Source of the DNA: an uncultured Endomicrobiia bacterium | GTDB lineage: Bacteria; Elusimicrobiota; Endomicrobiia; DTEH01 | Direction: 5' to 3' | Assembly (NCBI GenBank): GCA_937928765.1 | Contig: CALFVX010000004.1 | Coordinates: 15,799-79,798 of the forward strand | DNA length: 64,000 nucleotides | In this document: positions 62,075 through 64,000 of the stretch, one piece after another | Numbering within the stretch: position 1 is the first letter of the stretch | How the letters are laid out: the number at the start of each line of letters is the position of its first letter | Notes under the pieces: model-generated | Told to the model about the DNA's origin: nothing | Databases searched by the model: none | Seen by the model: only the letters and a program-made list of their open reading frames with translations | Translations under genes and position numbers: made by a program

Positions 62075-62103
62075 TTGACAAAAAAATTTTTATTTTATAA
62101 AAT
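62075..62103 (+). promoter_or_regulatory. Candidate promoter of the wHTH regulator gene
   Basis: TTGACA (62075-62080), 17-nt spacer, TAAAAT (62098-62103). Confidence 0.4.
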
Positions 62104-62123
62104 TGTTCAAAGATTGAACAATT
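62101..62123. promoter_or_regulatory. Perfect 10-3-10 inverted repeat, candidate (auto)operator
   Basis: aattgttcaa-aga-ttgaacaatt overlaps the -10 and ends 11 nt before the regulator ATG (62134). Confidence 0.45.
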
Positions 62124-62133
62124 GGATAATTTT

Positions 62134-62709
62134 ATGGAAACACAAAAACTTGCTGATAAAGAAATAAATATAATATCAGAAATACAGAAAAATCCTTTAG
62201 TTGACCAAAGAACAATTGCACAAAATGTTGGACTCTCTTTAGGACTTACAAATTTAATAATAAAAAAACTTGCAAAAACAGGATATATAAAGATAAGACA
62301 ATTGAATAAAAAAAAGTTGCAGTATATTCTCACACCCGAAGGGTTTGCTGAAAAAGCAAAAAAGTCCTACAATTACACATTAAAAACAATAAAACTTTTT
62401 AAAGAAATAAAATCAAAAATACAACAACTTATATTAGACTTCCAACAACAAGGAGTAAAAAAATTCATAATTATAGGCAACAATGAATTGACCGATATAG
62501 TAGAATTTGCTTTCAAAACATTTCCTGAAATTAAAAACTTAGAATATCTTGTCATAAAAGAGAATCCATCAATCAACAAATTAAAAAAAGAAGAAAACAC
62601 TGCAATATTTTATACTGAAACAAAGAACTCCATAAAACCAAAACAAGAAAACAAAAATAATTTTGTCTATTTGTTAGATTTTCTTGCTGAATCAGGAATA
62701 TTTTTGTAA
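62134..62709 (+). CDS. Winged-helix (MarR-like N-terminus) transcriptional regulator in the polysaccharide locus
   Basis: EINIISEIQKNPLVDQRTIAQNVGLSLGLTNLIIKKLAKTGYIKI wHTH segment, plus a C-terminal Rossmann-like segment. Confidence 0.6.
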   Translation: METQKLADKEINIISEIQKNPLVDQRTIAQNVGLSLGLTNLIIKKLAKTGYIKIRQLNKKKLQYILTPEGFAEKAKKSYNYTLKTIKLFKEIKSKIQQLILDFQQQGVKKFIIIGNNELTDIVEFAFKTFPEIKNLEYLVIKENPSINKLKKEENTAIFYTETKNSIKPKQENKNNFVYLLDFLAESGIFL

Positions 62710-62713
62710 AAAT

Positions 62714-62941
62714 ATGACAAAGTTAACTAAAGAAGAAAAAAAAGAAATTAAAACTCTTGCTAAATTAAAAAAATTAAAAGAAGATTTAAGAAAAATCTTA
62801 AACCAAAGATACAATCCTTTTGTTATAAACGGCGAGGTTGATATCGACAAATTTCTAGATTTTCTTAACGAATATAACCAGTTTATAAACCATACTCCAA
62901 AACCGTTTAAAAAAATTTTAACAAAGAAGAACAAACTTTAG
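62714..62941 (+). CDS. Small lysine-rich hypothetical protein
   Basis: ORF only; ATG at 62714. No recognisable motif. Confidence 0.3.
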   Translation: MTKLTKEEKKEIKTLAKLKKLKEDLRKILNQRYNPFVINGEVDIDKFLDFLNEYNQFINHTPKPFKKILTKKNKL

Positions 62942-62953
62942 TTGGAGAAAAAA

Positions 62954-63919
62954 ATGAAAAAAGCATTAATCACAGGTATCACAGGACAAGATGGCAGTTA
63001 TCTTGCAGAATTGTTATTAAGCAAAGGTTATGAAGTTTACGGTTTAGTAAGAAGGTCAAGTTTAGAAAACTATGAAAGAATTGAACATATCCGTGAAAAA
63101 ATCAAATTTGTGTCAGGTGACTTAAACGACCAAACATCATTAGATGAGGCTATTAGAAAAATTCAGCCTGACGAAGTTTATAATTTAGCCGCACAATCTT
63201 TTGTCCCCACTTCTTGGGAGCAGCCAATATTAACTGCAGAAATAACAGGCCTCGGCGTTTTAAAACTTCTTGAAGCAATAAGAAAATACAAACCTGATGC
63301 AAGATTTTACCAGGCATCTTCTTCAGAAATGTTTGGCAAAGTTAAAGAAGTTCCACAAAAAGAAACAACTCCTTTTCATCCACGAAGTCCTTACGGAGTT
63401 TCAAAAGTTTTCGGCCATTATATTACTGTAAACTATCGTGAAAGTTATAACATCTTTGCCTGCAGCGGGATTTGTTTCAACCACGAATCACCACGCCGTG
63501 GGTTAGAATTTGTTACAAGAAAAATCTCAGACGGTGTTGCAAGAATAAAACTTGGTCTTGCAAACGAATTGCATTTAGGAAATTTAGAAGCAAAAAGAGA
63601 TTGGGGTTTTGCTAAAGACTATGTAGAAGCTATGTGGCTTATGCTACAACAAGACAAACCCGACGATTATGTAATAGCCACAGGTGAAACACATTCAGTA
63701 AAAGAATTTGTAGAACTTGCATTTTCTTATGTTGGACTTGACTGGAAAAAATATGTTGTAGTAGATCAAAAACTTTACCGTCCTGCAGAAGTAGACTTGT
63801 TAGTCGGAGATTCAACCAAAGCAAGACAAAAACTTGGCTGGAAACCAAAAGTAACTTTTAAAGAACTTGTTGAAATGATGGTAAAACACGATATAGAAAG
63901 ATTAAAGAAAGGATCATAA
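62954..63919 (+). CDS. gmd: GDP-mannose 4,6-dehydratase
   Basis: [42 protein letters not shown] and NHESPRRG motifs. ATG 62954 follows a GGAGA RBS. Confidence 0.93.
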   Translation: MKKALITGITGQDGSYLAELLLSKGYEVYGLVRRSSLENYERIEHIREKIKFVSGDLNDQTSLDEAIRKIQPDEVYNLAAQSFVPTSWEQPILTAEITGLGVLKLLEAIRKYKPDARFYQASSSEMFGKVKEVPQKETTPFHPRSPYGVSKVFGHYITVNYRESYNIFACSGICFNHESPRRGLEFVTRKISDGVARIKLGLANELHLGNLEAKRDWGFAKDYVEAMWLMLQQDKPDDYVIATGETHSVKEFVELAFSYVGLDWKKYVVVDQKLYRPAEVDLLVGDSTKARQKLGWKPKVTFKELVEMMVKHDIERLKKGS

Positions 63920-64000
63920 TTGCTAAAACTTAACTGAAATATAAAATTTATTATCTTGATGAATAAAGAAGAAATAGTCAACAAAATTGTTGGAAAAATA

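Noticed and set aside
63960-64000. Start of another ORF (MNKEEIVNKIVGKI) at the window edge
   Set aside because: Only 14 codons are visible, which is too little to support a call.

Overview
Strongly AT-rich bacterial chromosome segment, standard genetic code, with a diderm signature (heptose/LPS genes, outer-membrane beta-barrels, type IV pilin). About 1-33 kb and 54.7-64 kb are densely packed housekeeping genes, almost all on the + strand. They include hom, an orphan V-ATPase B subunit, gmk, ctp, tsaD, accA, fba, queA-HD-tgt, hldA-manC, cstA, tRNA-Lys(CUU), nrdJ with tandem NrdR-like boxes, dcd, guaB-like, guaA, PMM/PGM, hsp20, bioY, uvrA, pcrA, gatC, rpmB and a polysaccharide locus (epimerase, wecB, wHTH regulator, gmd). 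The accessory part is about 33-52.8 kb. It starts with a 600-bp gene-free region carrying a promoter and two tandem GC-rich hairpins, a candidate sRNA. Next come a truncated paralog of a giant surface protein, duplicated nucleotidyltransferase modules, and a 1753-aa Kelch/FN3 surface protein. After that are three consecutive pairs of an exported CTD protein plus a small OM beta-barrel, which include a secreted PLD/HKD nuclease-like protein, a lamin-tail-domain protein and two beta-barrel proteins fused to ComEA-type HhH DNA-binding units. A pilin and PilD follow, then an exported radical-SAM / SagB-like / lipoprotein trio. A four-helix-bundle (23S rRNA IVS-type) ORF bracketed by 28-nt inverted repeats is fused in frame to one barrel gene. 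Related purine-rich 8-nt-periodic repeat elements are scattered through at least ten sites. Most sit directly after stop codons. One inverted copy is in frame inside the giant ORF and one is inside the barrel signal peptide. No CRISPR array, rRNA, transposase or integrase was seen.
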